DNA from: Eledone cirrhosa
Lineage: Eukaryota
Assembly: GCA_964016885.1 (NCBI GenBank)
Contig: OZ024740.1
Span: 338,830,001 to 338,894,000 of the forward strand
Direction: 5' to 3'
DNA: 64,000 nucleotides
The position numbers and the translations under genes were made by a program. The stretch's first letter is position 1. Each line of letters starts with the position of its first letter. This document shows positions 27,351 through 40,940 of this stretch, in pieces. Under the pieces are notes generated by a model. It made no database searches and was not told where the DNA came from. It was given only the letters and a program-made list of their open reading frames with translations.

Positions 27351-30300
27351 TACTTTTTTTTTTTTTTTTCCAATTCAATGATGTTCCATAACAATATAAA
27401 AGAGATAATTGGCAATTTAGGTTCTGGAACAAAAAAGATCATTGGCAATAAGGGCAGGGGCCCCAGGTTATCACAGCCTGGGCCCGCTCGTCATCGTGCC
27501 ATTGTAATAGAGCCAAACAAGGGAACGTACGGACACTGCTTGACAGGGATTCCTTGGGGCGTCCTGAACGAAGGACCGCTCTTGTTGCAAAGGAGCTTCG
27601 ACGTTACGATCTTGACATCGTGGCTTTATCTGAGACGAGGCTAGCTGGAGATGGTCATCTTACGGAATTTTGTGGAGAATATACATTCTTCTGGAAAGGA
27701 AGAGATGAAGGAACCAGAAGAGAGGCTGGGGTGGGATTTGCTGTTAAGACTGTGCTTGTGAACAAATTAGAAGAATTCCCAGTAGGGATTAGTGAGCGTC
27801 TTATGTCCATGAGAGTTCCGCTGGACAAGGGAAGATATGCTACCCTGGTGAGTGTGTATGCTCCAACTATGAGTTCTTTCGATGAGGAAAAGGTGTCCTT
27901 TTACCATGCCTTGAAAGGTGTTTTAAGAAATATCCCTCAGGCAGACAAAGTCATCGTGCTTGGTGACTTTAATGCTAGAGTGGGTAGGGATTTTAACACA
28001 TGGAATGTAATCGGAAGGCATGGGGTGGGAAAGTGTAACAGCAATGGTATGCTCCTGCTGCAGATGTGTGAGGAGCTGGATCTGTGTGTTACCAACACCA
28101 TGTTCCAACAAAAGAACACATTCAAGACCACATGGATGCATCCTGCATCTAAGGAATGGCATCTTTTGGACTACGTCTTAGTCAGGATGCGTGACAGACA
28201 GGATGTGCAGTGTGTTCGTGTTCTTCGTGGAGCTGAGTGCTGGACGGACCACCGCCTGGTACGCGCAAAAGTGAAACTAATCACTAAACGTAAAATCCGG
28301 GCTCCTGGTGTTGCCCTGCCCAAAAGATTGAATGCTGCTCGTCTTAAGGATAAAAATTTGAAGAGGACATTGGAAGAAGAGATGCAGGCTGCAGACCTTG
28401 GTGAGGATTGGCCGACCCTTAAAAAGTCGGTTTATGATGTAGGCAGGCGTGTTCTGGGATTGGCGCAGAGGAAACATCAGGACTGGTTTGATGAGAATGA
28501 TGTACATATAGAAGACTTGTTGGCTGATAAGAGGCGTGCTCTGTCACGCTACTTGACGGCAAAACCACAGGAGAGGAATACGTTGCATGAGGAACTCAGG
28601 TATGTAAAATCACGTGTTAGGCGGAGTCTTTCTCAGATGAAGGATCAGTGGTGGAGTGAGAAGGCTGGTGAGATACAAACTGCGTCTGATTCCAATAAAA
28701 ACAAAAGCTGTTGTACAGTCTCTTGCGTGAGGTTTATGGACCGTCTTCTTCTCTGGTGACACCGCTTCGCAGCAAGGATGGCAAAGAACTTCTTCGTGAC
28801 TCACAAGGAATTCTACGAAGGTGGCGAGAGCACTTTGATGATCTTTTGAATCAGCCGTCTGTCGTCAGTGAAGATTTCCTCAGTCTCATTCCAGAAAGTC
28901 CTGTGAAAGTAGCTCTCGCAGAACCTCCGACGCTTGTGGAGGTTGCAGTGGCTATTTCGAAGCTGAACAGTGGAAGATCTCCAGGTATGGATGACATACA
29001 TGCTGAGCTCCTACAATATGGTGGTGAGAGACTCCTGCAACATCTTCACTCTTTGTTTGGCAGGATATGGGCTAAAGAATCCGTACCTGAGGACTGGAGA
29101 GATGCAGTAATGGTGGTCTTGTACAAGGGAAAGGGTAACAGGAACGATTGTGGGAACTACAGAGGTATATCATTGCTTTCTGTCGTAGGGAAAGTTTTAT
29201 GTAGGGTGCTTCTGGACCGTCTGCTGACACACATTGCAGATCGTGTTCTTCCTGAAAGTCAATCTGGTTTTCGTGCTGGACGCGGCACTACTGATATGAT
29301 CTTCTCAGCTAGACAGCTCCAGGAGAAGTGCATGGAACAAGGCTTGGATCTGTATCAGGTTTTTGTCGATCTGACAAAAGCTTTCGATACTGTTAACAGA
29401 GATGCATTGTGGAAGGTTATCCAGAAACTTGGTTGCCCTGATAAGTTCCTTGCTTTAGTTAGGTCTTTCCATGATGACATGAAGGCTTGGGTTAATGTCG
29501 GAGGTAACATGTCAGAGCCTATCTCAGTAAAAGATGGAGTGAAACAGGGGGATATTCCAGCACCGACCCTGTTTGCCATATACGTTGCAATGGTTTTCTG
29601 TATTGCATTCAAGAATTGCGAGCATGGTGTTTACATCCGATATCGAACCTCAGGCAGCATATTTAACATCAGGCGCTTTGCTGCGAAGACAAAAGTATTT
29701 ACATCAATCATAAGAGACCTCTTGTATGCAGATGATTGCGATCTTGTAGCGCACATAGAGAGTGATATGCAGCACATTTTGAATGCATTTTCTGACGCTT
29801 GCACTGCCCTAGGTCTGACTGTCAGTCTCAAGAAAACCGTCGTCATGTACCAACCTGCCCCTGGTAAGCAGTACACTGAACCAAACATCTATGTGTATGG
29901 CAAACGACTTGGAGTGGTTGATCAGTTTGTCTACCTGGGAAGCACTGTCAATCGATACGGCAACCTTGACAGTGAAATCTCACTTAGGATTAGGAAAACA
30001 AGTGATGCTTTCGGAAAGCTAGAAAGGCGACTCTGGGTTCGGCGAGACATATGCAGGAGCACAAAGGTAAAGGTGTACAGTGCATGTGTGCTCTCTTGTC
30101 TTCTTTATGCCTGCAAGACCTGGGTCACATATCGACACCACCTTAAGCAATTGGAGCGTTTCCATCAGATGTGTCTCAGACGGATCCATGGCGTTCACTG
30201 GAGGGACCACATCAGTGATGTCGAGATTTTGGAAAGCTCTATGTGTGACAGTATAGAGGCTCTTGTGCTTAAGCAACGACTCCGTTGGAGTGGTCACCTT

Positions 30301-30912
30301 GCCAGGATGAAGGATTCTAGAATACCAAAACAACTCTTTTATGGAGAGTTGGTTAAAGGAAAACGACCGGCACATAAACCAAAAAAGAGGTATAAGGATT
30401 CCTTGAAAGCCTCTCTGAAAGACGCTAACATCTCGGCTGATACATAGGAGAATATTGCTGCTGATCGTAATAAATGGAGAAAGACTGTATATGAGGGAAA
30501 AGTTGCCTTTGAGGCATCTCGAATCGCATACGAGAATGTAAAGCGGGATGTGAGGAAGGGCATTGCTGTTGCACTTCCAGACGGCGAGGGTCCTCCTATG
30601 GTGCTGACATGCAGCGTATGTGCGAGACTCTGCCTAAGCAAAGCTGGACTCGAAAATCATCTTCGCAGTCATAAAGTAAGACCAGTGGTTGACTACCAGG
30701 CTGCTGTTGGAGATGCTACTCATCATGCTTGCCAAACATGTGGTAGAGAATGTTAATCAGCAGGAGGGCTCAAGCGACATGCAAAAGTACACGAACTCCA
30801 ACCACAGCCGACTATTCCCAGTAAATGTTTTGGTTGCCGACTCTGTGCAAGACATTTTAGATCATTGGCTGGGCTAAAAAGCCACATTCGATCGCAGCGC
30901 TGTTAGTTGCTA

Positions 30913-30978
<66 letters not shown>

Positions 30979-31145
30979 GCTTATGTGTGTGCGTGTGTGT
31001 GTATATATATATGTATATGTATATTATTATTGTTGTTGTCGTTATTATTATTGTTGTTATTATTATTATTATTATTATTGTTATTAATGTATGTGTGTGT
31101 GTATATGTGTGTGTGAGTATGTGTGTGTGTATGTATATATGTATG

Positions 31146-31207
<62 letters not shown>

Positions 31208-31260
31208 CTCCTCGTGCAATGGCCATACTCGATAACGAGGGGGCAGCCATCATATATGTA
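27015..31260 (+). mobile_element. Near full-length RTE-clade LINE (5'UTR, APE-RT-ZnF ORF, 3' stem-loop, TATG tail)
   Basis: 5'UTR carries a CTAGGAGAAGG motif shared with other copies in the window; single long ORF; 3' motif at 31212-31255 is separated from the ORF by a microsatellite block. Confidence 0.92.
27521..30905 (+). pseudogene. RTE ORF: APE endonuclease, reverse transcriptase and 3 C2H2 zinc fingers; one frameshift and two premature stops
   Basis: NVRTLLD..RPERRTALVAKEL..ALSETR, LGDFNARVG, LDYVL, TDHRLV (APE); NYRGISLLS, FVDLTKAFDTV, GVKQG, LYADD, LRWSGH (RT). Frameshift at ~28700, TAG at 30445 (likely from TGG), TAA at 30754. Confidence 0.93.
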
Positions 31261-31321
31261 TGTATGCATGTATGTATGTATGTATGTATGTATGTATGCG
31301 TGTATTATGTATACATGTATC

Positions 31322-31950
31322 TGTCAGGTCACCAGTTGGTGCTACTGGTAACATGTATCCCAGTACAACCTGTCTCATAGGCGGGTCGTTGGCGACTAAA
31401 CTGGCAACCCCACCAAGGTTTCTTGGTGAGGAGGGTGACTTTGGACATCCTGCAGGACTAAAAACAAAACCTGTCAAAGGGCAAAGGAGCTCTTAAGAGT
31501 CAATGGCAATCCAAGATCACCGGGAGAGATGACCCCTTAGCCTTTGTCAAGGCAGAATTCTAGGAGAAGGAAAACTCTGATATAACACCTGCAACTCTGA
31601 TGGTATCCAATGATGTTGACATGTTCTTCTTTTTTGGTAAATATCATCTTAGTTAAGAGAGTGGGACTGGCTTTGTGCAGTGCCTTTGCTCACTATAAAA
31701 GCTTCACGGCACAGGCATTGCTTTATATCTGAAGATCTCTCTGTACTTGTCGTTACATGGTGCCATGGGCCCAGCACTATGTATCAATAATTGTCACAGG
31801 TGTAGTGTCTGTACCAGAGTTTTCAAGTCGCTGGCTGGACTAAAAAGTCACACTCGTTCTACACATCGGTGGGGTTTCTCCTACATGGATATAAAGTAGT
31901 GGCCGTACTCGAAAACGAGTTGGCAGCCACCATACATGTATGTATGTATT
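31322..31950 (+). mobile_element. Non-autonomous RTE derivative, family 2
   Basis: RTE-type 5'UTR (CTAGGAGAAGGAAAACTCTGA), last finger remnant CSVCTRVFKSLAGLKSH, and shared 3' motif plus TATG; homologous to 61790-62300. Confidence 0.75.
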
Positions 31951-32981
31951 TATGTATATGATTATATATGTCATTTTATGTATGCGTGTACATATGCACG
32001 TATATAAGGTATCTTTTAATCTTCCGGGAAAGTAGAGCCTGGCTCTAAGAAAGAAATTTAGATAAGAAAAAAAGTATATAGTGAATTTTAGAAAACTTAT
32101 AGAATCCATGACGTTACAGAGTACAGTTTAACTGGTTTCTTTCTTTGCTTGTACAGTTACTGATCAGATTTGTAATATCTTCCACAGATATTTTATATAG
32201 AAAACATTATCTGTTGCATCGTAGATCATTTAAAACTTTGCTATCTTTTTTCTTTGTTCAACAGCTACTTAGATGCCATCTTCTGCTTTTGTTAGCAAAA
32301 GCATAACATTCACCGATGATGGCGGACTCAAAGGAAGCTACAATTTCTATCGATATTTGCATCGTAAAATATTATTTGTTTATATGCAGAATCTTTATCC
32401 TCCAGATTTCTTTATCTAATTTTTCTCGCAATGGGTGTGCTAATGATCCATTTCAGAGTCTCCGAAATGGTGCTAAAAAGGAGAAATGTATTTCCAAGCC
32501 CGAGACCTTGTTTGAATGCTTGCAATAGAGTGAACTCTGGTAAAGACATCCATGTGTCAGGTGGTGGTGTCAAATTGTGTGACAGCTTATGCCTACCACA
32601 AAAGAATGAAAAACATGACTTCTGATGGGCTTACCAAAAAATATCTATTTACCAAGTTTCTCTGGTAAGGCTTTGGTCAACTCGAAGATATGGCAGACGA
32701 TATTTGCCAATGATATCGAGCTGTTGGTTTGAATCAGTAACAACGTAGTTACAAAGCGAATTTCTTAACCACAGCCAAACGTACGCTCCGGTTTGGTGTT
32801 GTATGGAACGTCACCAAGAACTCAATGCTTTTGTGAAATTCATTGTCAATCCGTGCAATGTGCGAATATGTATATATATATAGTATTTATTTGTGTATGT
32901 TCACTCACACACATACACGCACACAAACAAATACATCCCCAATCCACCACAAATAATGGTGTCTTATATTTTGCCTACATA

Positions 32982-33298
32982 TAATTGTTTCTACTTTAGG
33001 CACAAGGCCAGCAATTATCCAGTGCATTACTGGTACTTTATTTTATCGACCCCGTAAGGATGAAAGGCAAAGTCAACCTCGGCGGGATTTGAACTCAAAT
33101 GGTTCACAATTAATTGTTTCGACTATTGGCACAAGGCCAACAATTATATCAGTGCATTACTGGTACTTTATTTTATCGACCACGTAAGGATGAAAGGCAA
33201 AGTTAACCTCGGCGGGATTTGAACTCAGACCATAAAGGGCCGTAACTCTATGCTGGAAAGCATGGCGTCCGACACTCTACTGATACTGCCAATCACCG
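32982..33298 (-). mobile_element. Two tandem tRNA SINEs (one partial)
   Basis: Reverse complement of the 18611 family at ~32982-33097 and ~33110-33298. Confidence 0.85.
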
Positions 33299-33431
33299 TA
33301 TAATACACACAAAACAGGGAAGAATAATCAAAAGGTTAATACCTGACAATACAACAAAAATAGTCAGACGAAAGAAAACATACACACACACACACACACA
33401 CACAAACACACAAACACATCAATATATATAT

Positions 33432-33572
<141 letters not shown>

Positions 33573-33669
33573 TTGGTGCAGTCTCGGTTACGCCCTCTAT
33601 ATATATAGAAATATAAATTTACATATATATACGCATATATATATATATATATATATATATAAATGAAAA

Positions 33670-33707
<38 letters not shown>

Positions 33708-34649
33708 GTAAAAGGTAAACAGAAATAACAACACAATCGGTACAGTATATGGAAGGTATATATTAGGTTAACACTTGATATAGCAGGATATATACATATA
33801 TATACGAACATACACATGTATGTATGTATGTATGTATGTATGTATGTACGTATGTACGTATGTATGTTTGTATATATGATTATGATTATGATTATGTTAT
33901 CGATCTCAGACTGGAGAAAATTACTTAGGATATTTAGTTCTATTGTGAATTAAAACCCTGCCAATGTCAATTTTCTTTTTTTATTTATCCGGTGATAATT
34001 ATGTACGTGGGATACTACACCTCACCCTCCTTCACCACACAATGAAATATGTGGCCTTGCACCGATATACGCCGTTATGTTATTGATCTCAGGTCATCCT
34101 CAATTCTTTGATCTCTTTATTTCATTGATAGGTTATTAAATGGATAGCGAACAAATTTGAAGTATTCAGCCATAATAGAGATGTCAGGTATCTAATCAAC
34201 ACATCATTTCTATTTTTCTATTTCACTAGTGGACCAGTGTCGTCAATAATAAGAGAAACAGCTCCAGAGATTCAATTATTTGGCTGCTTTTCTACGCTAG
34301 CTTCACTATGAATTTGATGTTTAGATAGAGGCCATGTTGCTCGAGCGGGTGCTGACTTCCGACTGGCGGCGCCGCGTTGCAGCATGCATTAAAGGGTTCA
34401 TGTTAGAACATGCTATGATACGTTAGTACGAAAACGTACAGGTGCATTGAGATCAAAATCACTGCATATGATTTTTAGCTATGTACTTTTTTCACGAACT
34501 GTTTAAAGCCCCCTCGTATGTATTTAATTTTGCGTGTCCCGGATTGGTATACCATATATACTAAGATTATCAAACAAACTGGGAAATTTATATTTTATGT
34601 TAACTACTGATGCACGGAAGTGATTACTGATTGCCAACAATTTTTAAGG

Positions 34650-34810
34650 AAGGAGGGTGTCGATTAAATGGACACCAGTACGTTACTGCTACATGATTTT
34701 ATCGACCTCGTAAGGATGAAAGGCAAAGCTAACCACGGCGGGATTTGAATTCTGAACGTAAAGGGTCGAAACTCAATGTCAGATGCACTACCGATACTGC
34801 CAATCCACCC
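34650..34810 (-). mobile_element. tRNA SINE copy
   Basis: TTTATCGACCTCGTAAGGATGAAAGGCAAAG...CCGATACTGCCAATCCACC. Confidence 0.75.
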
Positions 34811-36060
34811 TTATGGATGGAAATTATTAATGATTAAAATACTATAATAATTTATTTTTAGAATAGCATCATATAAATATCCAAACTGTATGTTATAGGA
34901 TCAAATATATAATTTTGGAGAAATAACAATTTAGAGAGACAAATATAAGGTTAGAACCCAGGAACTTATGATTGGAAAGTGAACATTTTATTATAGCAAC
35001 ATAACTGAGATAGGACATGCGATGTGTGTGTAAATTTTAAAGTGTTATAAACAGATATATATATATAAATATAAAAACACACGTGGCGAATTATTATGGT
35101 TAATAGTCAGATGGGATAGGGTTGCGTGCCTGATATTTGCAGGCCCTCACAGACTGATGGGTTTTATAAATTTACCTACAATCTCATGAAACAGCTCTCA
35201 ATTTTTTGGAAGATCAGGACGAGAGCCCTAAAGGAAATAACAGAGGCAGTGAATAGGAGTTCCAGCTATTTTTAGACGAGGAGGAATCGAAATTATCTCC
35301 ATATGGTTTAAAGTGCCCAAGTCTCCGATATTCAGGTGGTTAAAAAGCGTCAGCAGAAGTCATGACTTGGATGTGGTCCGGCCTCCTTAGAGTTTTAAGA
35401 TTTAAGGACCGAAACACGTGCATTAGGTGGAGGTGGGGGCTTATTCACTGAAAATCTTCTGCTGTCCTTCTCTTTCGACAGTTTCTTACTACCTGTAATC
35501 AATTATTTAATTTCCTTTCTAAGTTTGATGAAAGGAAATGTATTAAAGTAGGAAATGAGCACTAGATTTTATGTTTATAAGATATATCAATCTCATTAGT
35601 CTGAGAGAGCCTGCAAATATCAGACATTATTATATATCCTTTGATTATTTTATATAAAATTTTGGGTTGGTTGGATATCTAGTTTAAAATCTTACGTTAT
35701 CTGTTTACTATCTTGGGGTTATATCGGGAAAATTCGCTTTCATGTACAACAATGGGACAATCACTCAGGCAGAAAGCATTAAAGCTGGCTTCAAATCCGT
35801 TTACAAGGGTCCGTCGATTTACCGAACTGCTAGAGTGTTGAAGTAATTGTCTTAAGGTATATTTACACGTGCCCTATAGTTCCGAGTACAAATTTGAGTT
35901 CGACGTAAATCTGTTTTTTCTTTTTGTTTTTTGCGTTTTATTTTTGGGGTCGATGAAATACGTACCAGTCGAGTATTGAAGTCAATATAATCAACTACGA
36001 TTCGAAGCGACCCACCCGACCATCTTCCAGCTGTCATCAACGCCCCTTGACCTTTGACCT

Positions 36061-36641
36061 TCATTGAGCACACTTGCGCATGTTCAGATCGTCATGAATG
36101 ACTCTGTGCACAGTGACCCCAGCCACTTTAAGTTCTTTAGCAATCGCCAGAAGAGATGCACGTCGGTCCTCGTCCAGAAATTTGGGAATTTTGTCGACAA
36201 AATTTGACGTCCTTATGTTCCTCACTCTGTCACACCCCTCGTGTCGTCCCTCACTTGTTCCCTGTTCTCCTGAAACCTCTTGTGTCAGGGGAAAACAGTC
36301 ACCCCAGCTCATGAAAGTTAGTACGTAAGTCGTTTCGACCATTTCATAGGTTTCTGCAGCGTTTTTGCCGAGCTTGACACAAAACTTTATTGCATATTGA
36401 GCCTCCAAGTTTTCCTCACGTCCCAACTGTATTGTGAGACCAGTCAGCTGTGACAAGACGTGTATGACGGATAATGTTTAAAGTGCTGTAGTGGCCCGAA
36501 CCTTCAACCAAGAGAGAAAAAGATTTGGAATGTTAGCTTATTAATAACCATATCAAGGATGTATTAGAATGACAGTGGCGTACACCAATTAAAAGTACCT
36601 GAAAAGAAAAAAGTCTCAAAACCTCTGGAGTGTACCTCGTA
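36061..36641 (-). mobile_element. Mariner-like transposon 5' fragment
   Basis: QYAIKFCVKLGKNAAETYEMV...LDEDRRASLLAIAKELKVAGVTVHRVIHDDLNMRK (mariner N-terminal HTH); TIR-like TACGAGG on the minus strand at ~36641. Confidence 0.8.
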
Positions 36642-37941
36642 TGTTATAATATATGCCACGTGCACATCATCATCCGAGAAGTTGTTCAATAGTGGGCAGT
36701 TCCCCATCTATGGAAGCTTACGAGCACCGAATCCGACAGGGCGAACTGAATAAGCACCCATTGACATTATGTATTAAACAAAGAGATGCATGACTGTGCT
36801 TAAGTTTACTTCACAACCATGTAGTTTCGCGTTCTGTTCTTCATCTTCGGAATATCTACTATATGATTGTGTTACATTGTATGTATCTATATGTGTGTAT
36901 ATATCGTACATATAGTATCGCTGTGAGTATTTTAAGCTGTTATATGATAACATCTTAAAATTCACACAGTGAGATTATATGTTTGTTTATTATACATATA
37001 CTCGTTGTATATGTGTCCATAATTGCGTTTATTCTGAATCACACTATATTAGTGCTATAACTAACATATATATGTATGTTATATGTACGCCTGTTTGTCT
37101 GTGTGTGTGTCTTTATTTATGTAGAAATAACTTAAGAATCAGTAATATCTGTATATATCCCGTCCCTAACACTTCGACAAACAGAGATCGATTAAATGAT
37201 TACCAGACGTGAAAATAAGTACTGGGATAAAATATTTATAATTGACAATGAGCTTACATGGTAGTGCCCTAGAATAAAGGAAGAAAAGAATAAAAGAAAC
37301 TGACAATTCGCCAAGATCTTACTTGAGACGCGATCTTGTGAGAAATATAAAAATTCGAGGTCTGTGCAATTTATGGTCTCATTTTCGGTTTCAGTTTCTG
37401 TTCGAAGCAACTTCAATTCTTGCTGCGCTTCTCTTGAGAATTTGACGAATTGCCGAGTTTTCTATTTTGACATATCACGGTAGATGGGTAATAAAAGATT
37501 TCAGTGAAAGTGTAAGATGGACTTTAGTCTATGTTAATGAAAACGTGTTTCAGTCTCTATGTGACTCCATAAATCCAACATTCGAAATATTCCAGATGAG
37601 AAAATTATAAATATCCCGCCGAGTCTGTAATTCAAATTTTATTGCTGTAAAAGGAATCAAAAGAAGAGAACATTTTGACTGAATCGATCAAATAGAAATT
37701 ATATAAAAGCTACGGTTATTCCAGTTACATGTGAAGATTTCTCACAATATAAAGCATTCTGAATTAAAAACTGTTGCTAAAATTATACTACGTTACATGT
37801 CGAAAACGTGTGTTATGAATTTTCTGCAATAATGTAACTTATTTTATATATAATATCTATACATGTGCATGTGCTTGTGTTTGTGTGTATGTGTGTGAAC
37901 GCGTGCGTATGCAAGTACACACACGCTATATACATACACGC

Positions 37942-38037
<96 letters not shown>

Positions 38038-38339
38038 ATGAATGCGCGCGTATGCATGCACATGCTATATATATATGTAAATATACATATACATATGTAT
38101 ATATATGTGTGTGTGTGTATGCGTGTGTGTATGCATGTATGTATGCACCTGTGAGGAAGATAAAGCGAAAGAGCGAGAGAGAGAGGGTGTGTGTGTATGT
38201 GTGTGTGTGAGTGGGGGTAGTGGGGCGTACGTCTTTTGTTCACAGTAGACATATTTAAGTTCGAGCATTCCAGAAGAATACGCATCATTTCCAGAACCAG
38301 TATTGATCAGTTTACTGTCTCTCTATAAAGCTTAAAATG

Positions 38340-40940
38340 AGATTCACATTACAAAACTACTCAAATCCACGTAAATATTGATGCTGTTACACAAATGTAG
38401 CAGATCCATATTAGGGTACTATTTATACAGCCTAGGATATTACTCCTGTTGCAAACACAAAGATTTTTACAGTATTAAACTACAACTAACTGAGCCTATG
38501 ATAGCTCAAATATTCCAGGACCACATTAGAGTACTGCTTACAGAGCCGAGGATATGGCTGCTGTTGCAAACACAAACATTTTCATAAAAATTAAAATACA
38601 ATTCACACAGTCTATGACAGCTCAAACATTCTAGGTCCACATTAGAGTACTGTTTATAGAGTCTAGGATATTGCTACTGTTCGAAACAACATTTTCAATC
38701 AAAATTAAAGTACAATTCACACAGCCTATGACAGCTCAAACATTTTAGAGTACTGCTTACAGAGCCTAGGATATAGCTACTGTTATAAACACAAACATCC
38801 CATTAGAGTACAGTTCACACATCTGAAATATTGCTGCTATTACACGCATACACATCCTAGATCCACATTAGAGTACAGCTCACACATCTGAAATATTGCT
38901 GCTATTACACGCATACACATCCTAGATCCACATTAGAGTACAGCTCACACATCTGAAATATTGCTGCTATTACACGCATACATATCCTAGATCCACATTA
39001 GAGTACAGCTCACACATCTGAAATATTGCTGTTATTACACGCATACACATCCTAGATCCACATTAGAGTACAGCTCACACATCTGAAATATTGCTGCTAT
39101 TACACGCATACACATCCTAGATCCACATTAGAGTACAGCTCACACATCTGAAATATTGCTGTTATTACACACAAACATCCTAGATCCACATTAGAGTACA
39201 GCTCACACATCTGAAATATTGCTGTTATTACACACAAACATATCCTAGATCCACATTAGAGTACAGCTCACACATCTGAAATATTGCTGTTATTACACAC
39301 AAACATCCTAGATCCACATTAGAGTACAGCTCACACATCTTAAATATTGCTGCTATTACACGCATACATATCCTAGATCCACATTAGAGTACAGCTCACA
39401 CATCTGAAATATTGCTGCTATTACACGCATACATATCCTAGATCCACATTAGAGTACAGCTCACACATCTGAAATATTGCTGTTATTACACACAAACATC
39501 CTAGATCCACATTAGAGTACAGCTCACACATCTGAAATATTGCTGCTATTACACGCATACACATCCTAGATCCACATTAGAGTACAGCTCACACATCTGA
39601 AATATTGCTGTTATTACACACAAACATCCTAGATCCACATTAGAGTACAGCTCACACATCTTAAATATTGCTGCTATTACACGCATACATATCCTAGATC
39701 CACATTAGAGTACAGCTCACACATCTGAAATATTGCTGCTATTACACACAAACATCCTAGATCCACATTAGAGTACAGCTCACACATCTGAAATATTGCT
39801 GCTATTACACGCATACACATCCTAGATCCACATTAGAGTACAGCTCACACATCTGAAATATTGCTGCTATTACACACAAACATCCTAGATCCACATTAGA
39901 GTACAGCTCACACATCTGAAATATTGCTGTTATTACACACAAACATCCTAGATCCACATTAGAGTACAGCTCACACATCTGAAATATTGCTGTTATTACA
40001 CGCATACACATCCTAGATCCACATTAGAGTACAGCTCACACATCTGAAATATTGCTGCTATTACACGCATACACATCCTAGATCCACATTAGAGTACAGC
40101 TCACACATCTGAAATATTGCTGCTATTACACGCATACACATCCTAGATCCACATTAGAGTACAGCTCACACATCTGAAATATTGCTGTTATTACACACAA
40201 ACATCCTAGATCCACATTAGAGTACAGTTGGCATATTTGAGGCAGTGGTGCTTTTACCAAACAAATATGTTAGATCCACATTAGAGTACAATTCCCACAT
40301 CTGAGTCAGTACAGTTGTTAAACACACAAATATCTCAGATCCCCATTACAGTTGTTAAACACACAAACATTCTAGATTCATATTACAGTACTACTTTCAC
40401 ATCTGAAGCAATGCTGCAGTTGCGCACACATAAATGTTTAGGACCCACAGTTGCCATAGCCTAAAACAGTGCTCCTGTTGCACTCTCACAAACATACTAG
40501 ATCCACCTTAGAGTACTGCTCACGTGTCCTGGGATAGTGCGGTTGTTACAAACACAAAAGTCCTTGACCCACATTGAAGTACAGCTCACACATATGTGGC
40601 AGTGCTGCTGTTGCACATACAAACAACCTAATGCCACATTAGAGTACTAACACGTTATACGCCCTATGTGCTACTATTGCATACACAAAGAATATTAAGT
40701 CACATCAGCGTACTACTCCCATGTCATACACCCTGGGACTGAGCAAATGTTGCCGATACAAAGAACATTAAGTCATATTAGTACTACTCATACGTTGTAA
40801 ACCTGGGGACTGAGCAACTGTCACCCACACAAAGAACGTAAAGTCACTTTAGAGTACTAATCACACGTTATACACCCTGAGACTGTACTGCTGTTGTACA
40901 TACAAAGAACGTAAAGTCCTAATTAAGTACTACTCACACA
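38340..40940. repeat. 63/65-bp satellite, homogeneous core ~38800-40228 with diverged flanking units
   Basis: Unit ATCTGAAATATTGCTG(C/T)TATTACAC(GCATAC/ACAA)ACATCCTAGATCCACATTAGAGTACAGCTCACAC. Confidence 0.95.

Noticed and set aside
31322-31445. Twister or HDV-like ribozyme in the RTE-derived 5' region
   Set aside because: Several hairpins and GAGGAGGGT are present, but I could not place the twister UCCCAAGC loop or an HDV nested pseudoknot; a covariance-model search is needed.
39805-40011. Repetitive Cys-rich ORF
   Set aside because: By-product of consecutive 63-bp satellite units; broken by the 65-bp units.
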